A DNA stretch of 64,000 bases from Octopus bimaculoides. Lineage: Eukaryota. The position numbers were made by a program, and so were the translations under genes. The stretch is taken from assembly GCF_001194135.2 (NCBI RefSeq), contig NC_068997.1:15595338-15659337 (forward strand). The letters run 5' to 3'. Shown in pieces: positions 24,420-38,715 of this stretch. Position 1 is the first letter of the stretch; every line of letters begins with the position of its first letter. Under the pieces are notes generated by a model. That model was not told the DNA's origin and made no database searches. It saw nothing but the letters and a program-made list of their open reading frames with translations.

Positions 24420-25546
24420 TTTTGTTTTTTTTGTGTGTGGGGTGAGTGTTAAGATTTACGAAAAGTTTCTTACCTTTTATTATTTTTTTATTTATTTGTT
24501 TTTTTGGTTATTTTCTTCTTCTTTTCCTATGAAATGAATCACGACACATCCGCATTAAGTTTCAGGAAGAGTGGAGAGAAGAATGGTAAAAGTAGAATAT
24601 TTTCTATTCTTATTTCCTTTCCTCTCTTTTTTTTTTTTNNNNNNNNNNNNNNNNNNNNNNNNNNNNNNNNNNNNNNNNNNNNNNNNNNNNNNNNNNNNNN
24701 NNNNNNNNNNNNNNNNNNNNNNNNNNNNNNNNNNNNNNNNNNNNNNNNNNNNNNNNNNNNNNNNNNNNNNNNNNNNNNNNNNNNNNNNNNNTATATATAT
24801 ATATATATATGAAGTGACTGCTAAGATATTCGACATAGTTTGAGATGGCATTTTGTTCTCTTTTTAAAAATCTCATTTAACCTTTTCATCACCTTTTCTG
24901 GTTATTCTTAGAAAATGGTCTTCTTTTATGGCCTTGAAATATGAGTTTCTTAATCTTTTGGTTGGTTAGTCGGTCGGTCGGTCGGTTGGTTAAGAGTGAT
25001 GGTTGTATTACACTTTGGAAAATCCATGAAAATGCTGACCTGAAATGTGTGGTCAAGAAGTTTGTTTCATAACCACATAGTTTTAGGTTTGATTCCACTC
25101 TGCATTATCCTGGCCAAATGCATATGCTAACACGGCTAAGCCGTGAGCAAAATTTGGTAGACAAAAACTAAGGAGAAACCTACCATTTATATATATACAG
25201 TAGAAAAATTAATTTACTGCATCAAATGCCTCATTTGTGAAGAGATATACGTTAGACAGACTGGAAATGTGTTATCAGAGCATTCAGATGTGCACCGACA
25301 GCAAATTAGGGACCTTGATGTCCATCAGATATCGTTGAGCAACCATCTGGCAACATGTGGTCAGGAAAAGTTTATAATGCTCCCATTCTAGAAACTACAT
25401 ATCTAAAATGAAATTGAGAGAAAAGTCAGAGAAAGAATTTTATTGATAAATTGAAACCTGTTTTAAATAGTAATATGTATAATAGTAATATGTACTACAG
25501 CTATTACTACTGCTACCACCACCACCACTAACAACAACAGTAGTGG

Positions 25547-25876
25547 AGGGTTCAGTCCCACTGCGTGACACCTTGGGCAAGTGTCTTCTGTTATAGCCTC
25601 GGGCCAAGCAAAGCCTTGTGAGTGGATTTGGTAGTTGGAACCTGAAAGAAGCCTATCGTATATATATATATGTTTGTGTGTGTGTGTTTGTCCCCCCAAC
25701 ATTGCTTGACAACTGATGCTGGTGTGTTTACGTCCTCATAACTTAGCGGTTTGGCAAAAGAGACCGATAGAATAAGTACTAGACTTACAAAGAATAAGTC
25801 CTGGGGTCGATTTGCTTGACTAAAGGCAGTGCTCCAGCATGGCCACAGTCAAATGACTGAAACAAGTAAAAAAGTA
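25547..25876 (+). mobile_element. SINE family A, 5'-truncated at the B box
   Basis: GGGTTCAGTCCCACTGCGTGACACCTTGGGCAAGTG ... CAAATGACTGAAACAAGTAAAA. Confidence 0.9.
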
Positions 25877-25906
25877 GATGTTATGTCATTAATAATTTGA
25901 AATGCA

Positions 25907-25940
<34 letters not shown>

Positions 25941-25972
25941 TTGTGTATGTATGTGTGTGTGCATGTGTGTGA

Positions 25973-26250
25973 AGGTTCATAGCCTAGTAGTTGCACTGCT
26001 GATCACTAGATCATGGATTCAATTCCCTGTCAAGGCAGTGTGTTGTGTTCTTGAGCAAAACACTTCATTTCGTGTTGCTCCAGTCTACTCAGCTGTAAAT
26101 AGATAACCCTACAACGGAATAACCTTCTGGCCAGGGGGAATGTTGGTCTGCTCTCCTAACCAGCAGAGTGGCACCATTCAAAAGCTAAAACAATGTGAAG
26201 TGCATTGTGACCAGTGATGTATAACAATATTCGATAGTCTGGTCGACACC
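25973..26250 (+). mobile_element. SINE family C (tRNA head, CORE/V-like body)
   Basis: GTTCTTGAGCAAAACACTTCATTTCGTGTTGCTCCAGTCTACTCAGCTG; homologous to 36013-36190. Confidence 0.7.
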
Positions 26251-26478
26251 AGGATATGCCATGATACCATGATATCCATCCATCCATCCATCGATCTATA
26301 TCTATATATATATGTGTGATTAATGAGAAAGATGGAAGATATGAGAAACTTTATTGGTCACTACAGTTGTTTCGACCCATCTAGCATTGATCCCTCATGT
26401 GTGGGATATTGAACAACTGGTTTAGGTGTATCCATCGGTGTAGATGTGTCTCCACAGGTGATTACAAGATGTACCTCA

Positions 26479-26545
<67 letters not shown>

Positions 26546-26556
26546 TATTATATATA

Positions 26557-26594
<38 letters not shown>

Positions 26595-26790
26595 TTTGTA
26601 TTTGTGCTTGTCCTCTACCCCTGCTGAGCAACTGGTTGTGGTTGTTTATTGTTTACATCTCTATAACTTAGCAGTTCAGCAAACGTAACCAACACACTAA
26701 GTACCAGATTTAAAAAAAGAAGCATAAAAACAGGGGTTGATTTGTTGAAATAAATCCTTCAAGGTGGTGCTCCAGCATGGGCCACCAACC
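26595..26790 (+). mobile_element. SINE family A, 3' half, diverged
   Basis: TAACTTAGCAGTTCAGCAAA..AAGGTGGTGCTCCAGCATGG. Confidence 0.7.
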
Positions 26791-28309
26791 AATGAATAAA
26801 GGATTAAAGTGACTTGCATCTACATGTGTGTAGACTCATAGTTNNNNNNNNNNNNNNNNNNNNNNNNNNNNNNNNNNNNNNNNNNNNNNNNNNNNNNNNN
26901 NNNNNNNNNNNNNNNNNNNNNNNNNNNNNNNNNNNNNNNNNNNNNNNNNNNNNNNNNNNNNNNNNNNNNNNNNNNNNNNNNNNNNNNNNNNNNNNNNNNN
27001 NNNNNNNNNNNNNNNNNNNNNNNNNNNNNNNNNNNNNNNNNNNNNNNNNNNNNNNNNNNNNNNNNNNNNNNNNNNNNNNNNNNNNNNNNNNNNNNNNNNN
27101 NNNNNNNNNNNNNNNNNNNNNNNNNNNNNNNNNNNNNNNNNNNNNNNNNNNNNNNNNNNNNNNNNNNNNNNNNNNNNNNNNNNNNNNNNNNNNNNNNNNN
27201 NNNNNNNNNNNNNNNNNNNNNNNNNNNNNNNNNNNNNNNNNNNNNNNNNNNNNNNNNNNNNNNNNNNNNNNNNNNNNNNNNNNNNNNNNNNNNNNNNNNN
27301 NNNNNNNNNNNNNNNNNNNNNNNNNNNNNNNNNNNNNNNNNNNNNNNNNNNNNNNNNNNNNNNNNNNNNNNNNNNNNNNNNNNNNNNNNNNNNNNNNNNN
27401 NNNNNNNNNNNNNNNNNNNNNNNNNNNNNNNNNNNNNNNNNNNNNNNNNNNNNNNNNNNNNNNNNNNNNNNNNNNNNNNNNNNNNNNNNNNNNNNNNNNN
27501 NNNNNNNNNNNNNNNNNNNNNNNNNNNNNNNNNNNNNNNNNNNNNNNNNNNNNNNNNNNNNNNNNNNNNNNNNNNNNNNNNNNNNNNNNNNNNNNNNNNN
27601 NNNNNNNNNNNNNNNNNNNNNNNNNNNNNNNNNNNNNNNNNNNNNNNNNNNNNNNNNNNNNNNNNNNNNNNNNNNNNNNNNNNNNNNNNNNNNNNNNNNN
27701 NNNNNNNAAAACGATATAGCCTTCTAAGATTTTTTTGTCTTTGCTACAGTTTGTTTTATTTATTATTTATTTATTTTTTTTTTACATTTTTTTGTTATTA
27801 TTTGTTTAAACCCCAAACAAATGTTCCAGTGTGTTCTTCTGTTCGACATAGAAAGAATGTTTTTGGCTAAAAGCAATTTTCTTGTAAAGTGTTGGCAATT
27901 CCATAAACTATAGAAACGTGAGGAGTTTACATCACCGTTGTATTCCTTAAAAGCTTTGCCCTCATCAAGTGCCACATTTCGAAGCAGTTGGTGGCTATTG
28001 TTGTTGTTGTTGTTGTTGTTGTCGTTGTCGTTACTGTCGATGTCGTTATTGGTGTTGTTGTTGTTTAGTGTTTTGCTATTATTGTCCAAACTGAACAAAA
28101 TCAAACCAAATCAGAGATTTTTTTTTGTGATTTTCATCTAATATATATTCACCCTGCCATATGCATGCATACACTCATGCATACACAAGCTATTGCACAC
28201 TAGTGCACATAAACATGCATATGCACATACACAAGCATACTTATTTCATATTCTATTTTTTTAGCAACATCCAAAATACATGTGTGTGTGTGTAGATGTG
28301 CGTGTGTGT

Positions 28310-28343
<34 letters not shown>

Positions 28344-28573
28344 GGTACATAAATGTTTACCTTAACACAAGATGGAAAAAGTGGATAAAATATGGAGCGA
28401 TTATATGCACAAGAGTCATTGCACACACACACACAGATACACACACACATATATACACATACACACACATACAAACACACATATAGAGACACATGTATCC
28501 ATGTCAGCATGGAAAGTGAATGTATGATAATGATGATGATAGTGATGGTGTGTGTGTGAGTGTGTGTGTGTGT

Positions 28574-28604
<31 letters not shown>

Positions 28605-28887
28605 CGTGTAGAAAATTAGTGAGTGATTGGAAGTGATGGCTATGCAATAGAAATTAGAATACAGAAAAATGACAATGAGAAAGATATTGAAATGTTGCCT
28701 TGGAAATATTTAATTAGCCCTGGTATTTTAAGTTTAAAAAACCCTTTACAATGGCTTCATAGAATGTATATAAGTATGTGTGTGTATATATACATATACA
28801 GATATATACATACAAATATTTATGCATGTGTGTATGTGTGTGTGTATGTATGTATGTATGTATGTATGTGTGTGTGTATGTATGTAT

Positions 28888-29116
28888 GTCCAGCATGAAG
28901 AACTTAAGCAAGCTGTGCGAAAGCGCATGGCTCGTATAGTGAATGGGGAAAGCTTGGTCTGCAATGTTTGCAGTCATGTATGCTTGTCAATAGAAGGGCT
29001 CATTAGCCACCAATGGAACCGCAAATGCAAAATATAAGTTAGTCCTAGAGCGCACAATGTTCCTGAAGGTCGGCAATGGTCTTCCTCAGTCACGAGTGGA
29101 CGGCCATCATCATCAT
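28888..29116 (+). mobile_element. RTE (BovB-like) LINE 3' end with a C2H2 finger and (CAT)n tail
   Basis: QHEELKQAVRKRMARIVNGESLVCNVCSHVCLSIEGLISHQ (cf. the RTE C-terminal CxxC..S..GLISH); ends GGACGGCCATCATCATCAT. Confidence 0.75.
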
Positions 29117-31060
29117 GTATGTATGTATATTCATGTATCCATTTGCATGTCAAATCTTCTTCCCAAGAATTGTTTCAAAGTTTATCTATCTAAAATTGAA
29201 AATGAAAAATACAGTTTTGGAAAAGAATGGTGTATGGAAGAAATGAAACACAGGACCCCAAGCAGTCAAGATTACTCTTCCTCTGAAAACAAATGCCCTC
29301 TCTCAGCTGTAATCCTCAGCCAGTAGGAACTAGTTAATTATAATTTCTCCTTTAGATATAAGAACAATAATTGTGGCGAGAGTGGGTTAGTTGATGCTAT
29401 CAACCCCAGTTCTTAACTGGAGCTTATCTTATTGATCTTCTTGAAAAGATGAAAGGTAAAATTGACCCTAAAGATTCAGAGGAGACAGTGCAATGCATTT
29501 TGTCTGATGCTCTAACAATCTTTTTTTCCTTCTTCCTTCTTATTATTTGAATCTGTAGTTGTAAGTAAATTCATGGATGAGGTTTTCAACCAGGTTTTGG
29601 TACTTCTCTCAGTCTTTGGCTGCCCTCTGTGAGTTGGCAAAATTGAAGCCTGTCTACTCTTTGATATCCCAAGTGACTACCAATCTGGTATGAGTTCTGA
29701 TCTGGTTGTCATCATCATGAATGTCTCATGTGCAAATTAGCCTGGCAATACCAATTCCTCTCCAAGATGTTAACCACAACCGTATTTTTCTACCTGACAC
29801 ATTGCCCAATATTGACTTCTGATTTGGGAACACGATCAATAATTTTGAGCAGAGTAGTTGATTCCACTTGCTTAAGGACTTAATTAATTTAATAAACCCA
29901 AAAGGATGAAAGGCATTACTGATCCTTAGCAGTATTTCATCCATCTTTGCATTCTGAGTTCACACTCTGTTGAGGATGACTTTGCCTTTCATCTATTTCA
30001 GGTCCATGAAAAAAGGACTAGTGGAGCCCTGGGGTTAATTTAATCTACTTAAATACTCCTGAGTAAGAGTGAAAAACTGCACCCCGTCTGCCAAGCCATG
30101 TTAAACCAAAGGGATTGAGTAAGGCTCATCAAACTAGTTTGATCTCAAACTCATATTCGTGGCCTCCACATTGGATTGTGTATGGTGGAGAGAATGTGCT
30201 GAGGCTGTTGTCTTGCAATGGATCAAACATGGGCAAGCCAATCAAAGCCAATCATAACGAACATTCGTTTGGTCAGCCTGGAGCTACGGTTGAAGAAACT
30301 TGCCCAAGGTGTCAGGATGTGGGACTAAACACAAGACCTCATGCTTGGGATGCAAGCTTCATAATCCCCCCCTCCCACACACACACATGCGTGTGTCAAT
30401 ATGGTTCCTAGTTTTCTGAGTGTGATCAAGGGTATTCAAACCATGACCACCACACCTCTCTCAATTTCAAACATGGACATAGTTCCAGAATACATTATTC
30501 AATCAGTCCCTCTTGTTGCATGTCTGTAGGACATAATTTGAGGGAAATTCAGTTGGTATTTTCAGCAGGCCGACTGACCATGTAGCTGTAACAACACCAA
30601 AACACTTTTTCTTGTATTTGTGTGTGTGTGTGTGTGTGTGTCTTGTGTGTATCTATGAATATCCGAAATTAAACTTACGTCTTTATTTAAGGTGTTGGGG
30701 TAGGTAATAACTCCATGTATACCTCACACACTTCACACATCTTATGAAGCACACACACACACACACACATGCATGCATACACCTTCTGTCGCCAAGTTTT
30801 AGACAAATTAGGATACAAAGAAATCAATTAGGTATGTAGACAGGTGTGTAATTGTGTATGTGTAAGTATATACACACGCATATACATATATAAATATATA
30901 TATACATATACATACACACACACTCACACACATGTATATTATAGACACACACACACATATAGATATATGCTGATATATACACACATATATTTATATATCT
31001 ATATGTGTGTCTATCTGCGACTGGATTGTATGCATATATATACATACATATATATATATA

Positions 31061-31124
<64 letters not shown>

Positions 31125-31611
31125 TATTTGCTAGCATGTATGCAAAGGTATGTAATTATCAAGGTGACCTTATTAAGAACCCAGGTATGTAATCAGAAAG
31201 TCTAGATATTGGGAGATGCGTGTTAACTGCTTAAAAATCAGCAAGACATTCACTCTATGAAGGACAGCACTGGTGACAGGCAAATAATTAAGAAATGATG
31301 GCGATGACGGTGATGACAGCAAAGGTAATGATGGTGGTGGTGGTGGTGGTAGTGGTGGCGGTGGCGGTGATGATGACAACGAAGAAAATGAGGACAGAGA
31401 GAGAAGAAATATTGTGATGAGGGTATTGGTGATGTAAATGATAACGTTAATGAATGTACCTGGATAGCCATAGGAAAGCAAAAACAATATAATAGAGGTG
31501 AGGAAATGAAAGAGACACAGGTGAAAAGAGCCTGACTTTTAGAGAAGGAGATTGAAAAGGGTAGAAGTTGACAGAAGGACAGAAATATAGGTAGATGTCT
31601 TAATATATATA

Positions 31612-31653
<42 letters not shown>

Positions 31654-31904
31654 CATACATATATATATATTTGTATGTGTGCATGTATGTATACAGAGAG
31701 AGAGAGAGAGAGACAAAGACAAGGAGAAATAAAAATGGATGGATGGAGAAATGGATAGATAGATAGATAAATAGAGGGTGAGAATGAGGGAAAGAGAGAG
31801 AGAGAGACAGAAACAGGGAGAATTATAGCATAGAAGACAACTGGTAGTTTTTATAGGGGAACCTGCTGAGGGCTACAGACCAAGAATATGTTTGATACAT
31901 GCAA

Positions 31905-32150
31905 GTCAAAGATGGTGTAATACAGGAACAAGGAATTAGAACTTTGACAGACTGGAAAGTCTTGCAGAATGGAAGCAACAGAAATTATTCCAGGTTACTA
32001 GAAGAGAAGCTAGACAACAGGTTTTTCTTACCAAGATGAAAACAGGATAGGAGAGGCTTGCCAGTGTTTTAGGATCCAAGGACCAGAGGTGTGAGATGTT
32101 GCAGATAGCACGACAGTGTACCAGAGAGAAATTCGATTTTGTGGTCACTA
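31905..32150 (+). mobile_element. RTE LINE ORF fragment (EN-RT linker)
   Basis: Degraded translation ..FQVTRREARQQVFLTKMKTG*ERLASVLGSKDQRCEMLQIARQCTREKFDFVV, resembling the linker of RTE-clade ORFs. Confidence 0.6.
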
Positions 32151-32289
32151 GGTTAGAAGTGTATAGGCCTTTGAGGTAATAGTATAAGATGCAGGGAGAA
32201 GAAATATCTGGGTTTTTACCAAGAAACTGGAGTATTTTGACCCATCCACAGCAACCCTCTCCAGATGAGCATCCCTAATCTGTAGGGCT

Positions 32290-32522
32290 CATAAGTGCCG
32301 GTTTCATGTAAAAGGCACCTGTATCATTGGTGTGTGAAAGCACCCAGTTCACTCTGTAAAGTGGTTGGTGTTAGGAAGGGCATCCAGCCATGGAAACCAT
32401 GCCAGAACAGAGATAGAGCCCAAACAGCCCTTCAACTGGTCAACTCCTCTCATACCGTCCAACTCCTGTGAGCATGGAAAATGGACGTTAAATAATGACA
32501 ACAACAATGATGATGATTTTAT
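32290..32522 (+). mobile_element. Family D element
   Basis: AAAGCACCCAGTTCACTCTGTAAAGTGGTTGGTGTTAGGAAGGGCATCCAGCC...CATGGAAAATGGACGTTAAATAATGA. Confidence 0.85.
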
Positions 32523-33763
32523 GTATTGTAGAACTATAACCAATTAATTGCGCATAAACTTCAACAACAAAATCTTACATAGACCCCCCACCACCACCAC
32601 CAAGACATAGAGTTACCCAAGGCTTCACATCCACGCAGCAAGGCCTTGTGGACAGCTCATCAGACTCTATATGAATACAAAATTTAAAATATCTAAGTCA
32701 CAGAATACACACACACATACACATGAAGTATATTTCTATGAATATGTACTTATGTATATATATATACATATATGTATATATATATATATATATATCATCA
32801 TTGTGTGTGTGTGTGTGTTCTTAGATTTATATCTGTCTCATCTTTTCTTTTAAGAAACACAAGAGGATGCTGGGACTTTAAAAAGACTGTTAAATGTTAT
32901 TTATCAGCTCATAAACTGTTTTCAATCATAAAACTGGACATGTTTTTGGCAATTACAATCTCATTAGATGATTAGTCACAGCGAAACAATGTAAAAAAAA
33001 AAGAAGTAAAATAAAATTAGCAACAACAACAACAACAACAACAGCAACAATAAGCTGAACACCACCACCACCACCACCGCCAACCACAGCGACTGATATT
33101 AGTAGTAGTAGTAAAGAAGAAGAGCAACAACAACAACAACAATTATTATAATTAAATATAATCTGAAAAAGAAAATAAGAGGGAGGGATAAAAACCAAAA
33201 AAATATTAGAAAAAGTATAAGATTTAGAAAAAAAAAAAATAAACAAAGAAAAATATAAACAAATAAAAGAGAAATCTGAGCTTGTTTTGTTTCATATATT
33301 TTCTGTATTTTATATGCTTTATGTCTATATTATTTTATGTTTTACACACACATACACACACAGACACATGTATAGTTATTTTACATGTTTTATACATATG
33401 ACATATTGTTGGTTTGTTTGTTATATTGTTTACTTCAAGAAATTATTGGATTTAATGAAATATTTTGTAGTCGTAATTTCTTCAGCACACTTTCATTTTT
33501 TGAGGAAAGTTCTACCATTTATAACATTGGTTTTATATTTATTTTATGTTTATTTCATCATTTATATATTATTTATTATATTATATTACGGAGATGTACT
33601 TGCATAGCAAGTGACCTGATCTGAGATTGTATGCTGGAACGAAAACAATTGCAGCGTGCAAGGTGTTTATAAGCCATTTAAAATAACACACAAAGACTGT
33701 TAGATTCACTTCAACATATATTTTTTATCTATTTATTTGGGTTGTAACTCTCAAAGTATCAGG

Positions 33764-34380
33764 CGCAAGCATGGCTGTGTGGTTAAGAAGCTTGCTTCCC
33801 AGCCACATAGTTCTGGGTTCAGTCCCACTGCGTGGCACTTTGGGCAAGTGTTTTCTACTACAAACTTGGGCCAATCAAAGCTTTGTGAGTGAATTTGGTA
33901 GGCAGAAACTGAAAGAAGCCCGACATATATGTGTGTGTACCATTCGCCATGTTGGACCACTGAATCCTACAAGTTTTTTACATTCTCTCTCCATTTATTT
34001 TCTCTGATTCCTTTCTGTTGAAGAGCGTCAGCTCAAAATATAAAAGACTTCTTCATTTTTCCCGAGCATCATACTAATACACTTGCTTGTTGTATGTACA
34101 CCTGTCTTTGTCTTTTGTTTTTCCATAAATTTCAACTATATATATGTGTGTATATCTATGTGTGTATGTGTGTCCCATCCACCATCGCTTCACGACTAAT
34201 GCTGGTGTGTTTATGTCCCTGTAACTTAACGGTTCGGCAAAAGATACCGATAGAATAAACACCAGACTTACAAAGAATAAGTCCTGGGGTTGATTTCTTC
34301 AACTAAAAACCCCTTAAGGTGGTGCTCCAGCATGGCTGCAATCAAATAACCGAAACAAGTAAACGAATAAAAGAGAAAAA
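33764..34380 (+). mobile_element. SINE family A carrying an insertion of about 200 bp in its central TA tract
   Basis: Head 33764-33922, insert 33945-34140, tail 34170-34380. Confidence 0.9.
33945..34140 (+). mobile_element. Putative Penelope-like fragment with a hammerhead-like motif, copy 2
   Basis: CTTT-CTGTTGA-A-GAGC-GTCA-GCTC-AAAA-TA-TA-AAAG at 34011-34046; homologous to 3575-3780. Confidence 0.5.
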
Positions 34381-34386
34381 GAATAT

Positions 34387-34538
34387 ATCATCATCATCAT
34401 CATCATCGTTTAACGTCCTCTTTCCATGCTAGCATGGGTCGGACGATTTGACTGAGGACTGGGGCAACCGGATGGCTACACCAGGCTCCAATCTAATTTG
34501 GCAGAGTTTCTACAGCTGGATACCCTTCCTAACGCCAA
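34387..34538 (-). mobile_element. Family D element, 3' part
   Basis: (CAT)nCGTTTAACGTCCTCTTTCCATGCTAGCATGGG...TACAGCTGGATACCCTTCCTAACGCCAA. Confidence 0.9.
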
Positions 34539-34866
34539 TATATATATATATATATAAAACTTACTTGGAAATGGATGCGTGGCGTTTGATCATATAATAA
34601 TATAATATGAATATATGCATATATACATGTGTGTGTGTGTTTATGAGTGTTTATTCATANNNNNNNNNNNNNNNNNNNNNNNNNNNNNNNNNNNNNNNNN
34701 NNNNNNNNNNNNNNNNNNNNNNNNTATATGTATATGTATGAATGTATGTATATATATTTACATATATGCACACATATATATGTACATATATTTATGTATC
34801 ATCATCATCATTTAACATCCGTTTTCTCACACATATATAAATACATTCATACATATATGCATACAT

Positions 34867-34903
<37 letters not shown>

Positions 34904-34971
34904 CATATATATGTGTGTGTGTATGTATGTATATTTATGTGTGTGTATGTATATTTATGTATATGTGTCTC

Positions 34972-35020
<49 letters not shown>

Positions 35021-35459
35021 ATTTACACGTAAATACTTATGCAAATGCATATCTTCTAATTTATTCCTCAGAGAATCTCATTAGCAGGTAAGACAAGAAT
35101 CAAATTACGACATGGTGAGTAAAATATAATTTTTCACTGTTTTCATAGTTTGAGTGTCAGAGCAACTCCGTAAATCTTTCACCAGATATCTTGCTCCTTG
35201 AAATAAACCAAAGAAAATGTCAATAATTAATACATGAAAAAAAAAAGACATCAACAACAAAAAAAAAACAAAAAACAAATATGTAAATAAGTCGTAAAAG
35301 TTTGTCCAGTATGCTGCAATAAAATATTTTCTGGTATGTCTAAATATATGCATGCGTCTACAGATACGCACACACATATATCATCATCATCATCATTATC
35401 ATCATCATCATCGTTATTGCTGTCATCACAATCATAACCACAACCACCACCACAACCAT

Positions 35460-35850
35460 CATCATCATCATCATCTAAAACCTGTTTTCCATGTTGTCCA
35501 GCACTAGATGGTTTGACGGGCTGGCATGTTAGAGGACTGCACTAGGCTTTACTGTCCCTTGTTTTGCAGGTTTTTTTTTCTTTTTTAATGGCTGGGTGCC
35601 CTTCTTAATGCCAACCATCCTGCAGAATGGTCTGTGTACTTTCTGCATGGCACCAGCACCAGCAAGGTCTATTTTGACATGGTTTTTACAGCTGGATGTC
35701 CTCCCAAATGCCAACCACCTTACAATGTGACTTGGGTACTTTCTATGTGGCACCAACACTGGTGAGGTCTGTTTCAAGCATGGTTTCTACAGTTGGATGC
35801 TTTTTACATGGCTCCAGCCCTGGCTAGGTCACCAAGTACATCACAAGACA
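35460..35850 (-). mobile_element. Family D element with internal subrepeats
   Basis: Repeated (G)GCTGG(A/G)TG.CC.TC..AATGCCAACCA..TGG.ACTTTCT..TGGCACCA units. Confidence 0.75.
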
Positions 35851-36012
35851 AAGATCCTTTGAGAGGTAGAGGGTATTGGAAGAGGTGGACTTTAAACCAG
35901 CCAGATGTGGCTGGTTTAAATTTTAAAGAGTTAAAGCATAGATCCACTGGGCAATAGCCTGAAGGTCTCAATTCAAAGTTATGCATGCTATCAATAAATA
36001 TCTTGAATGTTC

Positions 36013-36190
36013 GAGGCACATGGCTTAGTGGTTAAAGTGCTGGACTAATGATCATATGATTGTGGGTTCAGTTCCTGGACCAGGCAACACGTTGTGCTCT
36101 TAAGCAAGACACTTCATTTCACATTGCTCCAATCTGCTCAGCTAGTAAAAATGAGTAACCTTGTGAGGGACTAGCACCTTATCCAGGAGG
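36013..36190 (+). mobile_element. SINE family C
   Basis: GAGGCACATGGCTTAGTGGTTAAAGTG..GGGTTCAGTTCCTGG..GCAAGACACTTCATTTCACATTGCTCCA..GGGACTAGCACCTTATCCAGG. Confidence 0.8.
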
Positions 36191-36212
36191 ATGAATATAT
36201 ATATATATATAT

Positions 36213-36377
36213 CATCATCATCATCATCATCGTTTAACGTCCGCTTTCCATGCTAGCATGGGTTGGACGATTTGACTGAGGACTGGTGAAACCGGATGGC
36301 AACACCAGGCTCCAGTCTGATTTGGCAGAGTTTCTACAGCTGGATGCCCTTCCTAACGCCAATGCCCTTCCTAACGC

Positions 36378-36380
<3 letters not shown>
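36213..36380 (-). mobile_element. Family D element, apparently young copy
   Basis: Near-identical to 57676-57870 and 9470-9551; local duplication of ATGCCCTTCCTAACGCCA. Confidence 0.9.
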
Positions 36381-36415
<35 letters not shown>

Positions 36416-36935
36416 AAAGAAACTCAGGAAACTGGCCCTGTGCAATTTATGGAGTAATTTGGATTGACTATCAATAATTAAATACTACAGAGCCCAATGC
36501 ACTGATTTGCCAGGAGAGTGGGAAGGGGGTCGGCAATGCTGCTATGATGACACTGATGTGTGGGAGGNNNNNNNNNNNNNNNNNNNNNNNNNNNNNNNNN
36601 NNNNNNNNNNNNNNNNNNNNNNNNNNNNNNNNNNNNNNNNNNNNNNNNNNNNNNNNNNNNNNNNNNNNNNNNNNNNNNNNNNNNNNNNNNNNNNNNNNNA
36701 TGTGAGTTGGAAAATGGGTTTAGAAAAATTTGTATTTTTTTTTTTTTTTGCTTCTAAAATACAGAACGGTGGTGTGTGGTGTGTGGTGTGGAAACGTGGA
36801 ATTAAATTACTTCTCAGGAAATAATTTACCTGTAACATTTGGCTGACCAACAGAAAAGAACACCCTGCTGCCCACGCTAAAAACAAAGAGAAAATACAAA
36901 GAAAGTGAGAGTAAGAGATGAGAGAGACAGGGGGA

Positions 36936-36985
<50 letters not shown>

Positions 36986-37144
36986 GGAAGTGGGGTATTA
37001 GAAAGAGTGATGATGATATTTGGTTATGCCCTGAGGTATTTAGTGAGCGACTGGCAGTTAGACTGGTAGGAAGTTGTTGATTGCCGGAAATATTTTTGGT
37101 GATTTAGTGACTATAATAGATAGATGTATAAGATAGGTAGATAG

Positions 37145-37177
<33 letters not shown>

Positions 37178-37182
37178 TTAAT

Positions 37183-37228
<46 letters not shown>

Positions 37229-37518
37229 AGAGAAAGAGAGGGGGAGAGAAAAAGTGAGAGAAAATGAGCTTACTGGAATTTTGCATGTGTATATATATAT
37301 ACATGGGCATACATATGTATATATATGTGTGTATGTGTGTGTGTATATATATATATATTTGTGTATATGTGTGTGTGTATGTGCGTGTGTGTATAGAGGG
37401 GTGCAGGGAAATAGAATTACAGTAAGGTAGACAGAGAAAGAGAGAGAGAATGAAAGTGAGAATGAGAAAAGGAAAAAAAAAATGAGAGAAAGACAAGAAT
37501 GCAAAGAATGAGAGAGCA

Positions 37519-37562
<44 letters not shown>

Positions 37563-38349
37563 CAGAAATAAAGAGATAATAATTGTGATTTTGTTTCGTC
37601 TTTCTTTAATCTCTTGCCTTGTAGAGAGATAGAAAGAAACGGCGAAAAAAAATACAAAGCAAATGATAGGGAGGAGGGGGAGAGAGAGAGACTAGAGAGA
37701 TAGAGAGAAAAGTACAGAGACAAAGAGAATGGCAATNNNNNNNNNNNNNNNNNNNNNNNNNNNNNNNNNNNNNNNNNNNNNNNNNNNNNNNNNNNNNNNN
37801 NNNNNNNNNNNNNNNNNNNNNNNNNNNNNNNNNNNNNNNNNNNNNNNNNNNNNNNNNNNNNNNNNNNNNNNNNNNNNNNNNNNNNNNNNNNNNNNNNNNN
37901 NNNNNNNNNNNNNNNNNNNNNNNNNNNNNNNNNNNNNNNNNNNNNNNNNNNNNNNNNNNNNNNNNNNNNNNNNNNNNNNNNNNNNNNNNNNNNNNNNNNN
38001 NNNNNNNNNNNNNNNNNNNNNNNNNNNNNNNNNNNNNNNNNNNNNNNNNNNNNNNNNNNNNNNNNNNNNNNNNNNNNNNNNNNNNNNNNNNNNNNNNNNN
38101 NNNNNNNNNNNNNNNNNNNNNNNNNTCTTTTCTCCACCTCGTACCTCTCCTAAGTCTTTTTCTTCACCACCACCACCAACAACAACAACAACCCATCATT
38201 CCCCCCTCCCTCCCTGTGGTCCCTTGTTCAGCATGAAGTGTACAAGAGAGGCCTCCATTTGCAGCTGACTATTACCAAACTCATTTCTGCTCAGTTCCAA
38301 ATCAATCCATATGGAACCTAATAATTGTGCGTTATTAGAAAAATCATTT

Positions 38350-38715
38350 GTAGTAGAAATAGTGGTGGTGGTGGTGAGGGTGATGATGGTGGTGGTAGTG
38401 GTGGTGGTATCGATGGGGGTGATGGTGGTCGTGATGGTAGTGGCAGTAATGATGGTGATGGTGGTTGTGGATGTCGTGGTGGTAGTAGTTGTAGCAGTGC
38501 TTGTGGGGATGGTGTTGGTGGTGGTAATGGTGGTTGTAATGGCAGCAGCAATGGTAGGGATGGTGGTGGTGGAGTGGTAGGGATGGTGGTGGTGGTGGTG
38601 GTGGTGGTAGTGGCAGCAATGGTGGCAACGGTAGTAGATAGTAGTAGTAATGGTGGTGGTGTAGTTAGGGTGATCGTGGTGATGGAGTGGTTGAGGTGGT
38701 AGTAGTAGCAGTTTT
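38350..38715. repeat. (GGT/GAT/AGT)n low-complexity tract
   Basis: Triplet repeats; poly-V/G ORFs. Confidence 0.85.
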
